From: a candidate division FCPU426 bacterium | GTDB lineage: Bacteria > Oederibacteriota > Muellerivitia > Muellerivitales > Muellerivitaceae | Direction of reading: 5' to 3' | Assembly (NCBI GenBank): GCA_963796105.1 | Contig: CAWCKJ010000009.1 | Span: 23,068 to 87,067 of the forward strand | Length of the DNA: 64,000 nt | In this document: positions 8,297 through 20,202 of the stretch, piece after piece | Layout of the letters: every line of letters starts with the position of its first letter | Position numbering within the stretch: position 1 is the stretch's first letter | The notes under the pieces: generated by a model | Seen by the model: the letters and a program-made list of their open reading frames with translations, nothing else | What the model was told of the DNA's origin: nothing | Database searches by the model: none | Translations under genes and position numbers: made by a program

Positions 8297-10600
8297 ATGG
8301 AAAACAAAGAAAATTTCTTTGAAAAGGCCGAATCGCTCGTGGCTAGGATGACGCTCCAGGAAAAAATCCACATGTTGACGGGTGACGGCTGGTGGAAAAC
8401 CCATTCTATCCAGCGCCTAGGAATCCCCTCCATCCGCATGACGGACGGGCCCCACGGGCTCCGGAAAATTCAAGGGGCGAATATGACCGTCAGTGTTCCC
8501 GCCACCTGTTTCCCTACCGCGTCCGCCATGGCCTCTTCCTGGGACCCTGGCCTCCTGCGCAAAGTCGGAACCGCCCTGGCCGAGGAATGCCAGGCCAACG
8601 ACGTGCAAATTCTGCTGGGCCCCGGGAACAACCTCAAGCGTTCCCCTTTAGGAGGACGTAATTTCGAGTATTACTCTGAGGATCCTCACCTGTCTGGCAC
8701 GATGGCTTCCGCATTCATCCAAGGAGTTCAGGGCGGGGGCGTAGGCACTTCCCTTAAGCATTTCGCGGCCAACAACCAGGAATTCGAGCGCCTGGCCACC
8801 AGTTCCAACATGGATGAAAGGACCCTTCGGGAACTCTACCTGAGGGCCTTCGAAATCCCAGTGAAGGAGGCCCAGCCCTGGTCCGTCATGGCGGCATATA
8901 ACAAGCTGAACGGCACCTACGCCACGGAAAATTCCTGGCTCCTTCAGGAAACCCTCAGGGACCTCTGGGGATTCCAGGGTTTCGTGGTCTCGGATTGGGG
9001 CGCGGTCAACGACCGGGTGGAGGGATTAAAGTCCGGGAACAACCTGGAGATGCCCGGCACTAAAGATTACAACAGCCGCAAAATCCTCCAGGCGGTCAAG
9101 GCCGGAATAATCACCAAGACCTGTCTCGGCAAGAGGGCGGCCGAATTACTCGCGGTAGTCCTCAGGGCGAAAGCCTGCCAAAAGCGGGGTTCCTCTTTCA
9201 GCAGGGACGCCCATCACCAGCTCGCAAGACAAGTGGCCTCCGAAAGCATAGTCCTTTTAAAAAACAAAGGCGGTTTGCTTCCCCTCAATAGCCGCCGCGC
9301 CAGAAAAATCGCCCTGATCGGCGCCTTCGCCAAATCTCCCCGTTTCCAAGGCGCCGGAAGCTCCCAGGTTAACCCGACCAGGGTCTCGAACGCATTCGAT
9401 GAGCTCACGCGCTTAGGGGGAAATGATTTTCATTTCAACTGGGCCAAGGGTTATGAAATGAACGGCACCACCTCCAAGAAACTGGTCCTAGAGGCTGTCC
9501 GTCTCGCGAAAAAGTCGGAACTCGTGGTCTTGTTCGCGGGTCTTCCTGATAGTTACGAATCCGAGGGTTTTGACCGCATTACCCTGGACTTGCCTGCAGG
9601 CCACAACAACTTGATTGAGACCGTGGCCAAAGCCCAGCCGAATTTAGCGGTCGTATTGATGAATGGTTCGTCCGTGGCCATGCCCTGGGTCCACAGGGCC
9701 CAAGCCATCGTGGAGGGGTGGCTAGGCGGACAAGCTGGGAGCGGCGCCATCGCCGACATCCTTCTGGGCAAGGTGAATCCTTCCGGAAAGCTTTCGGAGA
9801 CCTTTCCTGTTCGTCTAGAGGACACCCCGGCTTTTCCCGAGTTCCCCGGCGAGAACCTGAACACGAACTATGGTGAGGGCCTTCACATCGGGTACCGCCA
9901 TTACGACGCGCGGAAAATCGAGCCTTTGTTTCCCTTTGGTTTCGGCCTGAGCTACACGACTTTTGCCTTTTCCGGCCTCTTCGTCAGCCGCGTTCCAAAG
10001 GGCTTCCGGGTCACGTGCACGGTCAAAAACACAGGCAAGGTCGAGGGAGCGGAGGTAGTCCAACTTTATATCCATGAGCAACAGCCAAGGGTCACACGGC
10101 CGGTTCAGGAGCTCAAGGCCTTTGAGAGGATTTTCCTTAAACCGGGGGTATCCAAAAAAATCCACTTTCGTCTGGATGACCGCGCTTTCGCCTATTGGGA
10201 TGTCCGGCTTCATGATTGGAACGTAATCGCCGGGAAATTCGATATCCGAGTGGGCTCCTCCTCCCGCGACCTCCCCCTCTTTAAAACGATAGATCATCCC
10301 GGAACACCTCTCCGATGTCCTCCATTGACGCGGGATTCCATGGGCAAGGAATTCACCAGACATCCCAAGGGAAAGATTTATTTAAGGAAACTCCTCTATG
10401 CCACAGGCTTGATGGAGTCGATTGGGGGCAGGCGGCGAAAGACTGTAAAGCTTAACCCCGAGGAAAAGGCGGATATCATAAAAGCGGAGAAAGCCCTGAT
10501 GGCCTTCTTAAACGAGCTTCCTGTCAAAAAAATATCCCTTTTTTCGGAGGGAAAGTTCACAGATCGGATGCTGGAGACGATCCTGAGAAAGACGAGGTGA
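8297..10600 (+). CDS. GH3 beta-glucosidase (cytoplasmic, with FnIII domain)
   Basis: TDGPHG, GGRNFEYYSEDP, KHFAANNQE, nucleophile VVSDW, SEGFDR, FPFGFGLSY; SD AAGGA before ATG 8297. Confidence 0.95.
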   Translation: MENKENFFEKAESLVARMTLQEKIHMLTGDGWWKTHSIQRLGIPSIRMTDGPHGLRKIQGANMTVSVPATCFPTASAMASSWDPGLLRKVGTALAEECQANDVQILLGPGNNLKRSPLGGRNFEYYSEDPHLSGTMASAFIQGVQGGGVGTSLKHFAANNQEFERLATSSNMDERTLRELYLRAFEIPVKEAQPWSVMAAYNKLNGTYATENSWLLQETLRDLWGFQGFVVSDWGAVNDRVEGLKSGNNLEMPGTKDYNSRKILQAVKAGIITKTCLGKRAAELLAVVLRAKACQKRGSSFSRDAHHQLARQVASESIVLLKNKGGLLPLNSRRARKIALIGAFAKSPRFQGAGSSQVNPTRVSNAFDELTRLGGNDFHFNWAKGYEMNGTTSKKLVLEAVRLAKKSELVVLFAGLPDSYESEGFDRITLDLPAGHNNLIETVAKAQPNLAVVLMNGSSVAMPWVHRAQAIVEGWLGGQAGSGAIADILLGKVNPSGKLSETFPVRLEDTPAFPEFPGENLNTNYGEGLHIGYRHYDARKIEPLFPFGFGLSYTTFAFSGLFVSRVPKGFRVTCTVKNTGKVEGAEVVQLYIHEQQPRVTRPVQELKAFERIFLKPGVSKKIHFRLDDRAFAYWDVRLHDWNVIAGKFDIRVGSSSRDLPLFKTIDHPGTPLRCPPLTRDSMGKEFTRHPKGKIYLRKLLYATGLMESIGGRRRKTVKLNPEEKADIIKAEKALMAFLNELPVKKISLFSEGKFTDRMLETILRKTR

Positions 10601-10793
10601 TTTCCCGAGAAGTTTAACGAGGGTTAAATCCAAGAAACTTCTTGGAAAAATCTGGCAGGAAAAAATTTAAAATCTTTCGATCCAACGCATTCCATTTCCT
10701 AACCCTCACCTCAACTGCCCTGAACCTACCAAGCGAATAGTGCGGCAGGGTTGTCCCAACTGTCAATAAAACATTCGGAACTGGCTCCTAACT

Positions 10794-12032
10794 TTATTTT
10801 GTTCCCCCTTTTTGAACATTAATGGCCGGTCCTGTTTCTCCTGTTCTCTCGAGGATTTCCAAACAGGCCCTTCCCGTGTGATAAGGGCATTTCCACAAAC
10901 CCGCGATCTCGCGCTTAATATCCGGCATGCCATTATCATTGATGCCCGCAAACCATTCGCCGCCAGGTCGTAAAAAATACTTTTTGCAATATTCCCATGC
11001 CAACTTGGACTTCTCAAAATAGAGATCTTTTCCGGTCATCTCGTAAGCATTGAAGAAACCAACCATAGCTTCCGCCTGCATCCACCATTCCTTGCCGGGT
11101 TTCAGGGATCCATCCGCCTCCTTTTCGTTCAAAACGCCCCCTTGGGCGTCAAGACCTTCCCCCAGGACCGCTTGGGCCATACTAACGGCGATGGGCGTGA
11201 CTTTCTTTAATAGGCTTTCTCGCCTAGTTGCTTCGGCGGCCTCGATCAAGAGCCAACTGCCTTCGATATCATGACCGTAAGATATATTTCCCGAGACTTC
11301 ATTCCACTCCATATCAAAAAAAAGCCCGAAATGACGGTTAGGCATGATGATTTTCTCTAAAAAAACATTTAGTAAGCTTTCCAGTGATTCGATCACGGGC
11401 CCCGCAGGATCATATTGGGCAAGTAGCGAGTATGCCTCCAGAATATGAAGGTTCGTGTTCATCGATTTGGGGGTGTTAAGATCCTTCTCGGATAGCCGGG
11501 TATCCTGAACTGGCGCCCAGTCGCGCCCAAGGGCGTCGAGGTAACCTCCTTCGATGGGATCCCTTCCATATCTTTCCACCATATGGAAAATTTTTTTCGC
11601 CTCATCCAAAGCCTGCCGGTCGCCAGACGCTTGTGAAAATTCAGAGAACGCATATATCGCGAAAGCTTGCCCGTAAAATTTCTTGGTGGTGTCAAGGGGT
11701 TTGCCCTTGTGGTCGACAAGCCAGAAGACGCCCCCATGCTCTCGGTCCAGGAAATGATCCCGGAGATACCGGTACATCAACTCGGCGGCACGGATATACT
11801 TCTCATTCCCCAACCTGGAATAGGCCCGGGAAAAGGTCCACAAAATGCGCGTCGCCAAAATCACGCCCTTATCCGCCGTCGGATCGGCGGTACCCTGGCC
11901 GTTCACCGAACCCTGGAATCCGCCCGAATCGAAATCGATGATGTTCCGTAACCAATAAGCAAGAATGTCATCCGTCAATTCGTTGAGCACTTCTTCACGG
12001 TATCTGATTAAGTCTGTTTTTATTTTTACCAA
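10794..12032 (-). CDS. Cellobiose 2-epimerase (AGE superfamily)
   Basis: RILWTFS, YGQAFAIY, KSMNTNLHILEAY, SYGHDIE, WWMQAE, WKCPYH; probable TTG start at 12032 after GAGGGTG. Confidence 0.9.
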   Translation of the reverse strand: MVKIKTDLIRYREEVLNELTDDILAYWLRNIIDFDSGGFQGSVNGQGTADPTADKGVILATRILWTFSRAYSRLGNEKYIRAAELMYRYLRDHFLDREHGGVFWLVDHKGKPLDTTKKFYGQAFAIYAFSEFSQASGDRQALDEAKKIFHMVERYGRDPIEGGYLDALGRDWAPVQDTRLSEKDLNTPKSMNTNLHILEAYSLLAQYDPAGPVIESLESLLNVFLEKIIMPNRHFGLFFDMEWNEVSGNISYGHDIEGSWLLIEAAEATRRESLLKKVTPIAVSMAQAVLGEGLDAQGGVLNEKEADGSLKPGKEWWMQAEAMVGFFNAYEMTGKDLYFEKSKLAWEYCKKYFLRPGGEWFAGINDNGMPDIKREIAGLWKCPYHTGRACLEILERTGETGPAINVQKGGTK

Positions 12033-12213
12033 GTCACCCTCTTCAATCCAAGAACTGCATATTACTTTTCGGATCAAATTTGGGCAAATAATAACCATTA
12101 AACCTCTGAATAACTAAAATAAAACACAAAACAGAGATTTCAACCCAAAGTATTTCACGGGAAAACACGGGTTTACTAGGTATTGGGAGAGAAATCGCGC
12201 AGGAAAAGGCCTA

Positions 12214-15200
12214 TTACTGTTTCACCAGAATCTTGAGCGTTTGCCTGGCGATCACGTGATCTCCGGAGTCCTTCTGCTCGGTCTTGCAGATGTAGAGCCC
12301 GCTGGCGATCCCAGCCGCATTCCATGCCGCCTGGCTGGTCCCTGCAACGCCCCTCACTTCCGTCACCAGTTCTCCCGCCAGGTCGTAAATCTTGACACTC
12401 AGGCTCAATCCCGGCACCGCACCCTGGAAGGTCACGATCTTGATTCCGTCTGTCAGGGGGTTCGGATAGGCCCAAACCTTGGCAAGGGATGGCTTCGGGT
12501 TGTTCACCACCAGAACAGAAGTGACGATCATCGTCTCCCCGCCCTTCCCGTCGGTGGAATGCACTTCGATAAAGTAGTTCCCGTTGGGTACGACCGTCCC
12601 ATTGGAAGCGTACCCGTCCCAAACCACCTGTACCCCATTATTAGTCTTAATGGTTAGTGTTCCGTCCGTCGGGGAACCCGGCTCTAACACCCCGCTGGAC
12701 AATTTTACCGAGGTGATCACCACCCCCTGGGGGTTTTCCACCACGCTATACAGCGACCGCACGATCTCCCCTGCTTCGTTGTAGATGTCGATGGTTACCT
12801 TCTCCAACTGCCTGCTCACCACCACGTTCAAGATGACGCTCGAGTCCACGCCGAACGAGTCGATATTGTCCACCTTGAGGTAGTAATCCCCGTTGGGGAC
12901 CGGGCTTCCATCCTGGTTCGTCCCGTCCCACACCGTGATGAAGTGGTTCTGATCCATGATTGTCACGGGGCTGTTTAAGCCGTTGATCAAGTTCCCGTTC
13001 TGAAATTGCAGGTTCACCAAGGGCTGGGAATATTCGGTCACTAGAAGGGTCTTCACCAGCTCCCCCGCCTCGTTGTAAACCCCAATTCGAACCGTGTAGT
13101 TCCCCATGACCATGAGGGTCGCGCAGGCCGACTTTGACAAGGACCCCGGGTAGGAGTAGGCCGCGCAGTTCACCAGGGGCCCACCCTGGGTGAAGGTGTT
13201 GATGGTGACAATGTAGCTTAGCTGATAGTTTCCAGGGGCCAGAGTCGGGAAAGTCCAGTTCATGACCGTCACCCCGCCCGCCACGTTCGTAACCGCAGAG
13301 GTCCCGGCCGGAGAAGTCCCGAAGGATACGAAACTGCATTGGGCCGGCAGGGGGTCGCTCACCGTCAACCCAGTCACGAAGTTATAGGCCACGTTCACGT
13401 TCAGGGTGTAGGTCACAGCGTCCCCCGGCAGCCCTTGGGGCTCGGATTCCAGCTTTTGCAGGGTCACCACCGCGGTAGGGGTGGGAGTCCAGGTCGGCGT
13501 AAAGGTGTTAGTGGGCGTGTTGGTGTTCGTCGGGGTATAGGTTTTTGTTGGGGTATTGGTCGGGGTCGGCGTATTCGTGGGGGTAAAGGTATTGGTTGGA
13601 GTGAAAGTGTTGGTCGGGGTGGGGGTATTCGTCGGCGTGTTGGTATTGGTTGGCGTGTAGGTCGGCGTAGGAGTGTTGGTATTCGTCGGCGTGTTGGTGG
13701 GGGTAAATGTGTTGGTCGGAGTATATGTGTTGGTCGGCGTATAGGTCGACGTGGGGGTTGGAGTATTCGTCGGGGTGTAAGTGTTCGTTGGGGTGTTCGT
13801 CGGGGTAAAGGTATTGGTCGGCGTGGGAGTGTTGGTCAGGGTAAAGGACGGGGTGGGTGTCGGGGTATTGGTGGGGGTGTAAGTGTTCGTCGCCGTGTTG
13901 GTATTGGTAGGAGTGGGGGTATTCGTCGGCGTATAGGTGGAGGTATTTGTGTTGGTCGGTGTGGGTGTCGGAGTGTTTGTCTGCGTATTCGTGGGGCTGT
14001 TGGTATTCGTCGGCGTGTTGCTATTGGTGTTGGTCGGCGTGTTCGTCGGGGTATTCGTCGGGGTAAAGGTATTAGTCGGCGTAGAGGTTGGTGTATTTGT
14101 CGGTGTACTCGTGGGGCTATTGGTTTTAGTCGGCGTGTTGGTGTTTGTCGGAGTCGGGGTATTTGTGGGTGTGTAGGTAGATGTACTGGTGTTGGTGGGT
14201 GTAGGGGTAGGTGTATTGGTCGGCGTATTCGTGGGGGTGTTGGTATTCGTGGGAGTGTAGCTGGGGGTGCTGGTCGGGTTATTCGTCGGCGTGCTTGTAG
14301 GTGTGGAAGTCGGGGTACTCGTCGAGGTGTTTGTCGGGGTGGGGGTCGCAGTGTTGGTGTTGGTTGGAGTTGGGGTATTCGTGGGTGTGGGGGTAGGCGT
14401 ACTTGTGGGTGTATTCGTCGAGGTAAAGGAATTGGTCGGCGTAGGGGTCGGTGTACTCGTTGGTGTGGAAGTGGGCGTGTTGGTATTGGTGGGAGTGTTT
14501 GTCGAAGTGGGGGTCGGGGTCGGAGTGTAAGAATTCGTCGGGGTAGGCGTCGGGGACTGAGTTCCGGTCGAGGTCAAGGTGGGCGTCGGAGTGTTTGTTG
14601 GTGTGGGTGTCGAAGTGGAGGTATTGGTTGGGGTGGGGGTAGGCGTGTTTGTCGGTGTATTAGTTGGAGTATTCGTAGGCGTGGGCGTTGAAGTGGCCGT
14701 AGGTGTATTGGTCGGTGTATTCGTTGGAGTATTAGTGGGCGTTAGAGTGGGCGTATTCGTAGGCGTAGGGGTCGGAGTGTTTGTTCGCGTAGGTGTCGAA
14801 GTGGAGGTATTGGTTGGAGTTGGGGTAGGCGTATTTGTCGGCGTGTTAGTCGAAGTATTGGTCGAGGTGGGCGTAGGGGTGTTCGTCGGAGTTGGAGTAG
14901 GTGTGTTTGTCGGCGTATTGGTCGGGGTATTTGTAGGAGTAGGAGTGAATGTGACTGTGGGTGTATTCGTCGGAGTCGCCGTAGGGGTTGGAGTAAAGGT
15001 ATTGGTAAAGGTATTTGTCGGGGACTGGGTTCCGGTTGGAGTAAGGGTGGGAGTCGGCGTGTTCGTCGGTGTCGAGGTCAATGTTGGTGTCGGGGTGGTG
15101 GTAGGCGTGTTCGTGGGTGTGGGGGTCGGGGTACTCGTCGGCGTATTCGTCGGAGTAGGGGTGGGAGTGGCCGTAGGGGTCGGGGTCGGAGTGTTCGTGG

Positions 15201-18200
15201 GCGTGGGTGTAGGAGTATTGGTAGAAGTCGGAGTGGGTGTTGTCGTAGGGGTCGGAGTGGGCGTATTCGTTGGGGTAGGAGTAGGCGTATTCGTGGGAGT
15301 GGGGGTGGGTGTTGTAGTGGAAGTAGGCGTTGGGGTATTGGTCGGGGTTTTTGTTGGGGTGCTGGTCGGTGTGGGCGTAGGAGTTGTCGTGGGGGTCGGG
15401 GTCGGAGTATTCGTCGGTGTGTTGGTTGGAGTATTCGTCAGCGTCGGTGTCGGCGTAATCGTGGGAGTGTTGGTCGGAGTAGGTGTCGGTGTGAGCGTCG
15501 GAGTAAGCGTCGGTGTATTGGTTGGGGATTGAGTACCTGTCGGGGTTAGGGTGGGTGTGGGAGTGTTAGTGGGAGTGGGCGTCAAAGTCGGCGTCGGGGT
15601 GGTCGTGGGAGTGTTGGTGGGAGTTGGGGTTGGAGTTTTGGTGGGTGTGTTGGTTGGCGTGGGTGTTGGCGTCGTCGTGGGAGTAGGAGTTGGGGTATTG
15701 GTGGGAGTCAGTGTCGGAGTATTGGTGGGGGTAGGAGTGGGCGTGGTTGTTGGAGTGGGCGTAGGGGTGTTCGTGGGGGTATTGGTCGGGGTATTGGTGG
15801 GGGTCGGGGTAGGTGTCGTTGTTGGAGTCGGGGTCGGAGTATTCGTGGGTGTCCGGGTCGGGGTATTCGTTGGTGTTGGTGTGGGGGTGGTTGTTGGGGT
15901 TGGAGTTGGCGTATTGGTTGGGGTATTCGTGGGGGTATTCGTGGGAGTGGGTGTTGCGGTCGTAGTCGGGGTCGTAGTCGGCGTGTTCGTCGGCGTCAAG
16001 GTCGGGGTATTGGTGGGAGTAGGCGTCGGAGTCGTCGTCGGAGTAGGGGTGGGTGTATTCGTTGGCGTCGGAGTTGGGGTTCTTGTGGGAGTTGGCGTGG
16101 GTGTTGTCGTAGGGGTTGGAGTTGGTGTATTCGTCGGGGTCGGGGTCGAGGTATTGGTGGGAGTGGGCGTAGGGGTCGTTGTCGGAGTAGGTGTGGATGT
16201 ATTCGTTGACGTCGGAGTTGGGGTTCTTGTGGGAGTTGGCGTGGGTGTTGTCGTAGGGGTTGGAGTTGGTGTATTCGTCGGGGTCAGCGTCGGGGTATTG
16301 GTGGGGGTGGGTGTCGGGGTCGTCGTCGGAGTGGGAGTAGAAGTGTTCGTCGGTGTCTTTGTCGGAGTGTTGGTCGGTGTCGGTGTAGGCGTAATGGTGG
16401 GGGTGTTAGTGGGAGTGGGCGTAGGCGTCAGCGTTGGAGTGAGAGTCGGAGTATTAGTTGGGGATTGGGTTCCCGTTGGGGTGAGAGTCGGCGTGGGAGT
16501 GTTTGTCGGTGTGGGTGTCAAAGTGGGTGTTGGTGTTGTCGTAGGGGTATTCGTCGGGGTTGGCGTTGGAGTCTTGGTCGGAGTGTTGGTGGGCGTAGGC
16601 GTCGGAGTGGTTGTTGGAGTTGGTGTCGGGGTGTTGGTCGGCGTATTGGTTGGGGTATTGGTGGGAGTTGGCGTCGGTGTCATCGTGGGCGTGGGGGTCG
16701 GCGTGTTCGTGGGTGTATTGGTCGGTGTAGGCGTTGGGGTCGGAGTCGGCGTCCTGGTCGGGGTAGGAGTGGGGGTGTTCGTTGGGGTTGGAGTAGGCGT
16801 GTTCGTCGGAGTTGGCGTCGGTGTCGTCGTGGGCGTGGGGGTCGGCGTGTTCGTGGGTGTATTGGTCGGTGTAGGCGTTGGGGTCGGAGTCGGCGTCCTG
16901 GTCGGGGTAGGAGTGGGGGTGTTCGTTGGGGTTGGAGTAGGCGTGTTCGTCGGAGTTGGCGTCGGTGTCGTCGTGGGCGTGGGGGTCGGCGTGTTCGTGG
17001 GTGTATTGGTCGGTGTAGGCGTTGGGGTCGGAGTCGGCGTCCTGGTCGGGGTAGGAGTGGGGGTGTTCGTTGGGGTTGGAGTAGGCGTGTTAGTCGGAGT
17101 TGGCGTCGGTGTCGTCGTGGGCGTGGGGGTCGGCGTGTTCGTGGGCGTATTAGTCGGTGTAGGCGTTGGGGTCGGAGTCGGCGTCCTGGTCGGGGTAGGA
17201 GTGGGGGTGTTCGTTGGGGTTGGAGTAGGCGTGTTAGTCGGAGTTGGCGTCGGTGTCGTCGTGGGCGTGGGGGTCGGCGTGTTCGTGGGCGTATTAGTCG
17301 GTGTAGGCGTTGGGGTCGGAGTCGGCGTCCTGGTCGGGGTAGGAGTGGGGGTGTTCGTTGGGGTTGGAGTAGGCGTGTTCGTCGGAGTTGGCGTCGGTGT
17401 CGTCGTGTGCGTGGGGGTCGGCGTGTTCGTGGGTGTATTGGTCGGTGTAGGCGTTGGGGTCGGAGTCGGCGTCCTGGTCGGGGTAGGAGTGGGGGTGTTC
17501 GTTGGGGTTGGAGTAGGCGTGTTCGTCGGAGTTGGCGTCGGTGTCGTCGTGGGCGTGGGGGTCGGCGTGTTCGTGGGTGTATTGGTCGGTGTAGGCGTTG
17601 GGGTCGGAGTCGGCGTCCTGGTCGGGGTAGGAGTGGGGGTGTTCGTTGGGGTTGGAGTAGGCGTGTTCGTCGGAGTTGGCGTCGGTGTCGTCGTGGGCGT
17701 GGGGGTCGGCGTGTTCGTGGGTGTATTGGTCGGTGTAGGCGTTGGGGTCGGAGTCGGCGTCCTGGTCGGGGTAGGAGTGGGGGTGTTGGTTGGAGTTGGA
17801 GTGGGCGTGTTCGTCGGAGTTCTGGTAGGAGTAGGCGTTGGCGTGGGAGTTGGAGTGGGTGTATTCGTAGGAGTATTGGTTGGAGTGTTCGTCGGAGTAG
17901 GCGTGGGCGTTTTGGTAGGTGTAGGAGTTGGTGTCGGTGTGTTGGTGGGGGTTGGAGTCGGCGAAGGAGTGGGCGTGGGAGTCGGAGTCCTGGTCGGAGT
18001 AGGCGTTGGGGTGGGAGTCGGCGTGTTTGTTGGTGTAGGGGTATTTGTCGGCGTGGGCGTTTTTGTGGGTGTAGGCGTTGGAGTCGGAGTGTTGGTATAA
18101 GTATACGTAAAAGTGGGCGTGGTGGCGCAAACAACGGTGATAGCAATGTTGTTGCTGTTCACGGGCCCCCCGCCCGCCCAACTGGCCACACCCTTGTCCG

Positions 18201-19695
18201 TGACAACCTGGCAATAATCACTGGTATTAACGCTGTAGGAACCCACGAAAAACGTGATCGGGGCACAAGCCCCGCCTGGCATGCCGGTAACCAACCAACT
18301 CAGGGTTGGATAAGTCGTGGATAAAGGATTGATTGTCACAGTGTTGCTGCCCACAGTGATCGTATATTGACTGTAATTGGGCCCCTGGAATGCCCATCCC
18401 AAAGGATTGGTGATGTTGTCCGTCACAGTGATTCCGTTGCCAGGCCCCGCTCCCGCCGCGTTGCACAAATTGATCGTCATCGTAATGGCCCCGGTATCCG
18501 GATAGTTAGAGGTAGGGCCACCGGTTGTCTTGGTCAAGGACGGGTTGGGAGGAACCGGTGTGGGCGTATTGGTCACGGTAGGGGTGTTGGTAAAGCAGGG
18601 ACGGTTCACCGTCACAGGCGGGTTGGAAGTTTTAGTACCGCCCGAGTAACCCACGCTCGCAGTATTGGAGATCGTTTGGCATTGGTTCCCCAGCCAATAG
18701 TAATCCTCCATGCTGGCCATCAAGGTCACGCAGGAATTGCCTTGGAAATCACCCCAGATCGCTGTGGCCCCGTTTCCAGCGGGTGCCGGCCAGCTGGCCT
18801 GTCCACCTATCAAAGAAACGGGAGATATGGCTGGAACTAACCAGCCTACAAAACCCAAAGGCGCCGTTCCAACTTGAGAATCAATCAGAGTCACGCCGCC
18901 CGACGTCACAGGGCCCCCAGTGTCGCAAACCACCACTTGAAATGTCACGAACATGTCATTACTGCCATTGGTGACTTGCGAACCGGCGACAAGGGTTTTC
19001 GTGATAGTCAGCGTAGGCGGTCCGGCTGTGGGCTGGGGTGGTGGGATGGTGGTAGCTTGAGTGTAAAAAAGACCCCCGTTGCAATTGGTGGTGCTGTAAT
19101 CACCATCAGTGGTGGAAGCTGTGAAGGGTACAATTTGGCCCGATACGGGATTGAAAATTCCTTGGCCCCAGCAGCAATAACCCGAGGTAGTGTTGACAAC
19201 AACCGGGGCAATCCAGGTGCCTCCTGTCCCTGTGTAATTAGTCGCGTACCAGTTGGTTGCTGGAGGCGAGGCTGGATTTCCAGCACTCACGTAATCCATA
19301 GATACACCGGCGGTTGAACTGGTGATCTCGGAATGATTCCCTCCCTGGCAGGTGATATCCAAATCCCAGGAGGCATAGAGATTGTTGCAAGCAGTGTTTT
19401 GGGTAAAAACAGATACATAAACTTTGGCGCCGGTTAAAAGCGATGTGGGTACTGTGATACAACCGGGCGGGCAGGAACCAGTTCCATCCCAGTTGCAATA
19501 AGCGATTTGGCCCAGGTAAACACCACCCACATAGACTTGGGACCAGTCATCACTGGCTATACAAATCTGTGCGGAAGTAGGAGTGCATTGGGCCGACAAC
19601 TTTATAGGAACTCCCAATAAAAACAGTACTCCTAATATCGTTATGAGTCGAATGCCGTGATATTTTCTTTTTTTACATTCTGATAAACTGCTCAT
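12214..19695 (-). CDS. Giant secreted Thr/Pro-rich surface protein A (2493 aa): Cys-rich head, DUF11-like domains, ~1550 aa Thr-X stalk, DUF11, 2 FlgD-Ig-like domains, T9SS-CTD-like end
   Basis: Signal peptide ending LSA-Q; [16 protein letters not shown] (DUF11-like); [21 protein letters not shown] twice; [26 protein letters not shown]. Confidence 0.88.
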   Translation of the reverse strand: MSSLSECKKRKYHGIRLITILGVLFLLGVPIKLSAQCTPTSAQICIASDDWSQVYVGGVYLGQIAYCNWDGTGSCPPGCITVPTSLLTGAKVYVSVFTQNTACNNLYASWDLDITCQGGNHSEITSSTAGVSMDYVSAGNPASPPATNWYATNYTGTGGTWIAPVVVNTTSGYCCWGQGIFNPVSGQIVPFTASTTDGDYSTTNCNGGLFYTQATTIPPPQPTAGPPTLTITKTLVAGSQVTNGSNDMFVTFQVVVCDTGGPVTSGGVTLIDSQVGTAPLGFVGWLVPAISPVSLIGGQASWPAPAGNGATAIWGDFQGNSCVTLMASMEDYYWLGNQCQTISNTASVGYSGGTKTSNPPVTVNRPCFTNTPTVTNTPTPVPPNPSLTKTTGGPTSNYPDTGAITMTINLCNAAGAGPGNGITVTDNITNPLGWAFQGPNYSQYTITVGSNTVTINPLSTTYPTLSWLVTGMPGGACAPITFFVGSYSVNTSDYCQVVTDKGVASWAGGGPVNSNNIAITVVCATTPTFTYTYTNTPTPTPTPTKTPTPTNTPTPTNTPTPTPTPTPTRTPTPTPTPSPTPTPTNTPTPTPTPTKTPTPTPTNTPTNTPTNTPTPTPTPTPTPTRTPTNTPTPTPTNTPTPTPTRTPTPTPTPTPTNTPTNTPTPTPTTTPTPTPTNTPTPTPTNTPTPTPTRTPTPTPTPTPTNTPTNTPTPTPTTTPTPTPTNTPTPTPTNTPTPTPTRTPTPTPTPTPTNTPTNTPTPTHTTTPTPTPTNTPTPTPTNTPTPTPTRTPTPTPTPTPTNTPTNTPTPTPTTTPTPTPTNTPTPTPTNTPTPTPTRTPTPTPTPTPTNTPTNTPTPTPTTTPTPTPTNTPTPTPTNTPTPTPTRTPTPTPTPTPTNTPTNTPTPTPTTTPTPTPTNTPTPTPTNTPTPTPTRTPTPTPTPTPTNTPTNTPTPTPTTTPTPTPTNTPTPTPTNTPTPTPTRTPTPTPTPTPTNTPTNTPTPTPTMTPTPTPTNTPTNTPTNTPTPTPTTTPTPTPTNTPTKTPTPTPTNTPTTTPTPTLTPTPTNTPTPTLTPTGTQSPTNTPTLTPTLTPTPTPTNTPTITPTPTPTNTPTKTPTNTSTPTPTTTPTPTPTNTPTLTPTNTPTPTPTTTPTPTPTRTPTPTSTNTSTPTPTTTPTPTPTNTSTPTPTNTPTPTPTTTPTPTPTRTPTPTPTNTPTPTPTTTPTPTPTNTPTLTPTNTPTTTPTTTATPTPTNTPTNTPTNTPTPTPTTTPTPTPTNTPTRTPTNTPTPTPTTTPTPTPTNTPTNTPTNTPTPTPTTTPTPTPTNTPTLTPTNTPTPTPTTTPTPTPTNTPTKTPTPTPTNTPTTTPTPTLTPTPTNTPTPTLTPTGTQSPTNTPTLTPTLTPTPTPTNTPTITPTPTLTNTPTNTPTNTPTPTPTTTPTPTPTSTPTKTPTNTPTPTSTTTPTPTPTNTPTPTPTNTPTPTPTTTPTPTSTNTPTPTPTNTPTPTPTATPTPTPTNTPTSTPTPTPTNTPTTTPTPTLTSTPTNTPTPTLTPTGTQSPTNTFTNTFTPTPTATPTNTPTVTFTPTPTNTPTNTPTNTPTPTPTNTPTPTSTNTSTNTPTNTPTPTPTNTSTSTPTRTNTPTPTPTNTPTLTPTNTPTNTPTNTPTATSTPTPTNTPTNTPTNTPTPTPTNTSTSTPTPTNTPTPTLTSTGTQSPTPTPTNSYTPTPTPTSTNTPTNTNTPTSTPTSTPTPTPTNSFTSTNTPTSTPTPTPTNTPTPTNTNTATPTPTNTSTSTPTSTPTSTPTNNPTSTPSYTPTNTNTPTNTPTNTPTPTPTNTSTSTYTPTNTPTPTNTNTPTKTNSPTSTPTNTPTSTPTNTFTPTNTPTNTPTNTNSNTPTNTNSPTNTQTNTPTPTPTNTNTSTYTPTNTPTPTNTNTATNTYTPTNTPTPTPSFTLTNTPTPTNTFTPTNTPTNTYTPTNTPTPTSTYTPTNTYTPTNTFTPTNTPTNTNTPTPTYTPTNTNTPTNTPTPTNTFTPTNTFTPTNTPTPTNTPTKTYTPTNTNTPTNTFTPTWTPTPTAVVTLQKLESEPQGLPGDAVTYTLNVNVAYNFVTGLTVSDPLPAQCSFVSFGTSPAGTSAVTNVAGGVTVMNWTFPTLAPGNYQLSYIVTINTFTQGGPLVNCAAYSYPGSLSKSACATLMVMGNYTVRIGVYNEAGELVKTLLVTEYSQPLVNLQFQNGNLINGLNSPVTIMDQNHFITVWDGTNQDGSPVPNGDYYLKVDNIDSFGVDSSVILNVVVSRQLEKVTIDIYNEAGEIVRSLYSVVENPQGVVITSVKLSSGVLEPGSPTDGTLTIKTNNGVQVVWDGYASNGTVVPNGNYFIEVHSTDGKGGETMIVTSVLVVNNPKPSLAKVWAYPNPLTDGIKIVTFQGAVPGLSLSVKIYDLAGELVTEVRGVAGTSQAAWNAAGIASGLYICKTEQKDSGDHVIARQTLKILVKQ
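13475..18120 (-). repeat. Low-complexity X-T-P-T coding repeat (stalk of protein A)
   Basis: Thr or Ser at essentially every second residue over ~1550 aa. Confidence 0.95.
16660..17785. repeat. Near-perfect 144-bp (48 aa) tandem repeat, about 8 copies
   Basis: cggagtcggcgtcctgg recurs at 16741, 16885, 17029 ... 17749; lines 16741 and 17461 (5x144 apart) are identical. Confidence 0.95.
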
Positions 19696-20202
19696 TAAAT
19701 CTACCCCGCTTGAATTTTCAAACAGTTTTCAGGTTAAACTTTCGACAACTGATTATAATCTTTTTAAAAACCATTTTCATGGTAAAAGCTTTAACGATAA
19801 ATATATGCATATTTTGTACCAATATGGTTACCCCGAAGATTCTTGAAAGACCTAAAAATCTTCATTTTCCTGCATTTCTCGTTAAACTAGGGTAGTTTTC
19901 GGTTGTTCCTTTTGTCAGTTTTCCGAGTTTTTTGGGCTTTTTTTGACTAGGTTTGAAAACAATGGAATATTCAAGCGGTTTTCTTCGTCGATTCCCATCC
20001 CCGCAGAAATGACACATTTAGTTGTTTATTGTCGATTTTTCCAAATAGATTTTAATCATTAAATGCAGGAAGGTTTTCTTGGGATTATTGAATCAAAGGA
20101 CAACTGATTCAGTAATAGAGAAGGAGTTTTAAGATTAAATAAAATTCTAGAATAACTTTAAACGGCTACACTTGAAAATTTGGTGTTAAACAACCCCAGA
20201 TG

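Noticed and set aside
16660-17785. Possible CRISPR array
   Set aside because: No unique spacers, an in-frame coding repeat, and no cas genes.
16680-18214. Alternative-frame Arg/Pro-rich (488 aa) and His/Asp-rich (306 aa) ORFs
   Set aside because: They stay open only because the 144-bp unit lacks stops in those frames.
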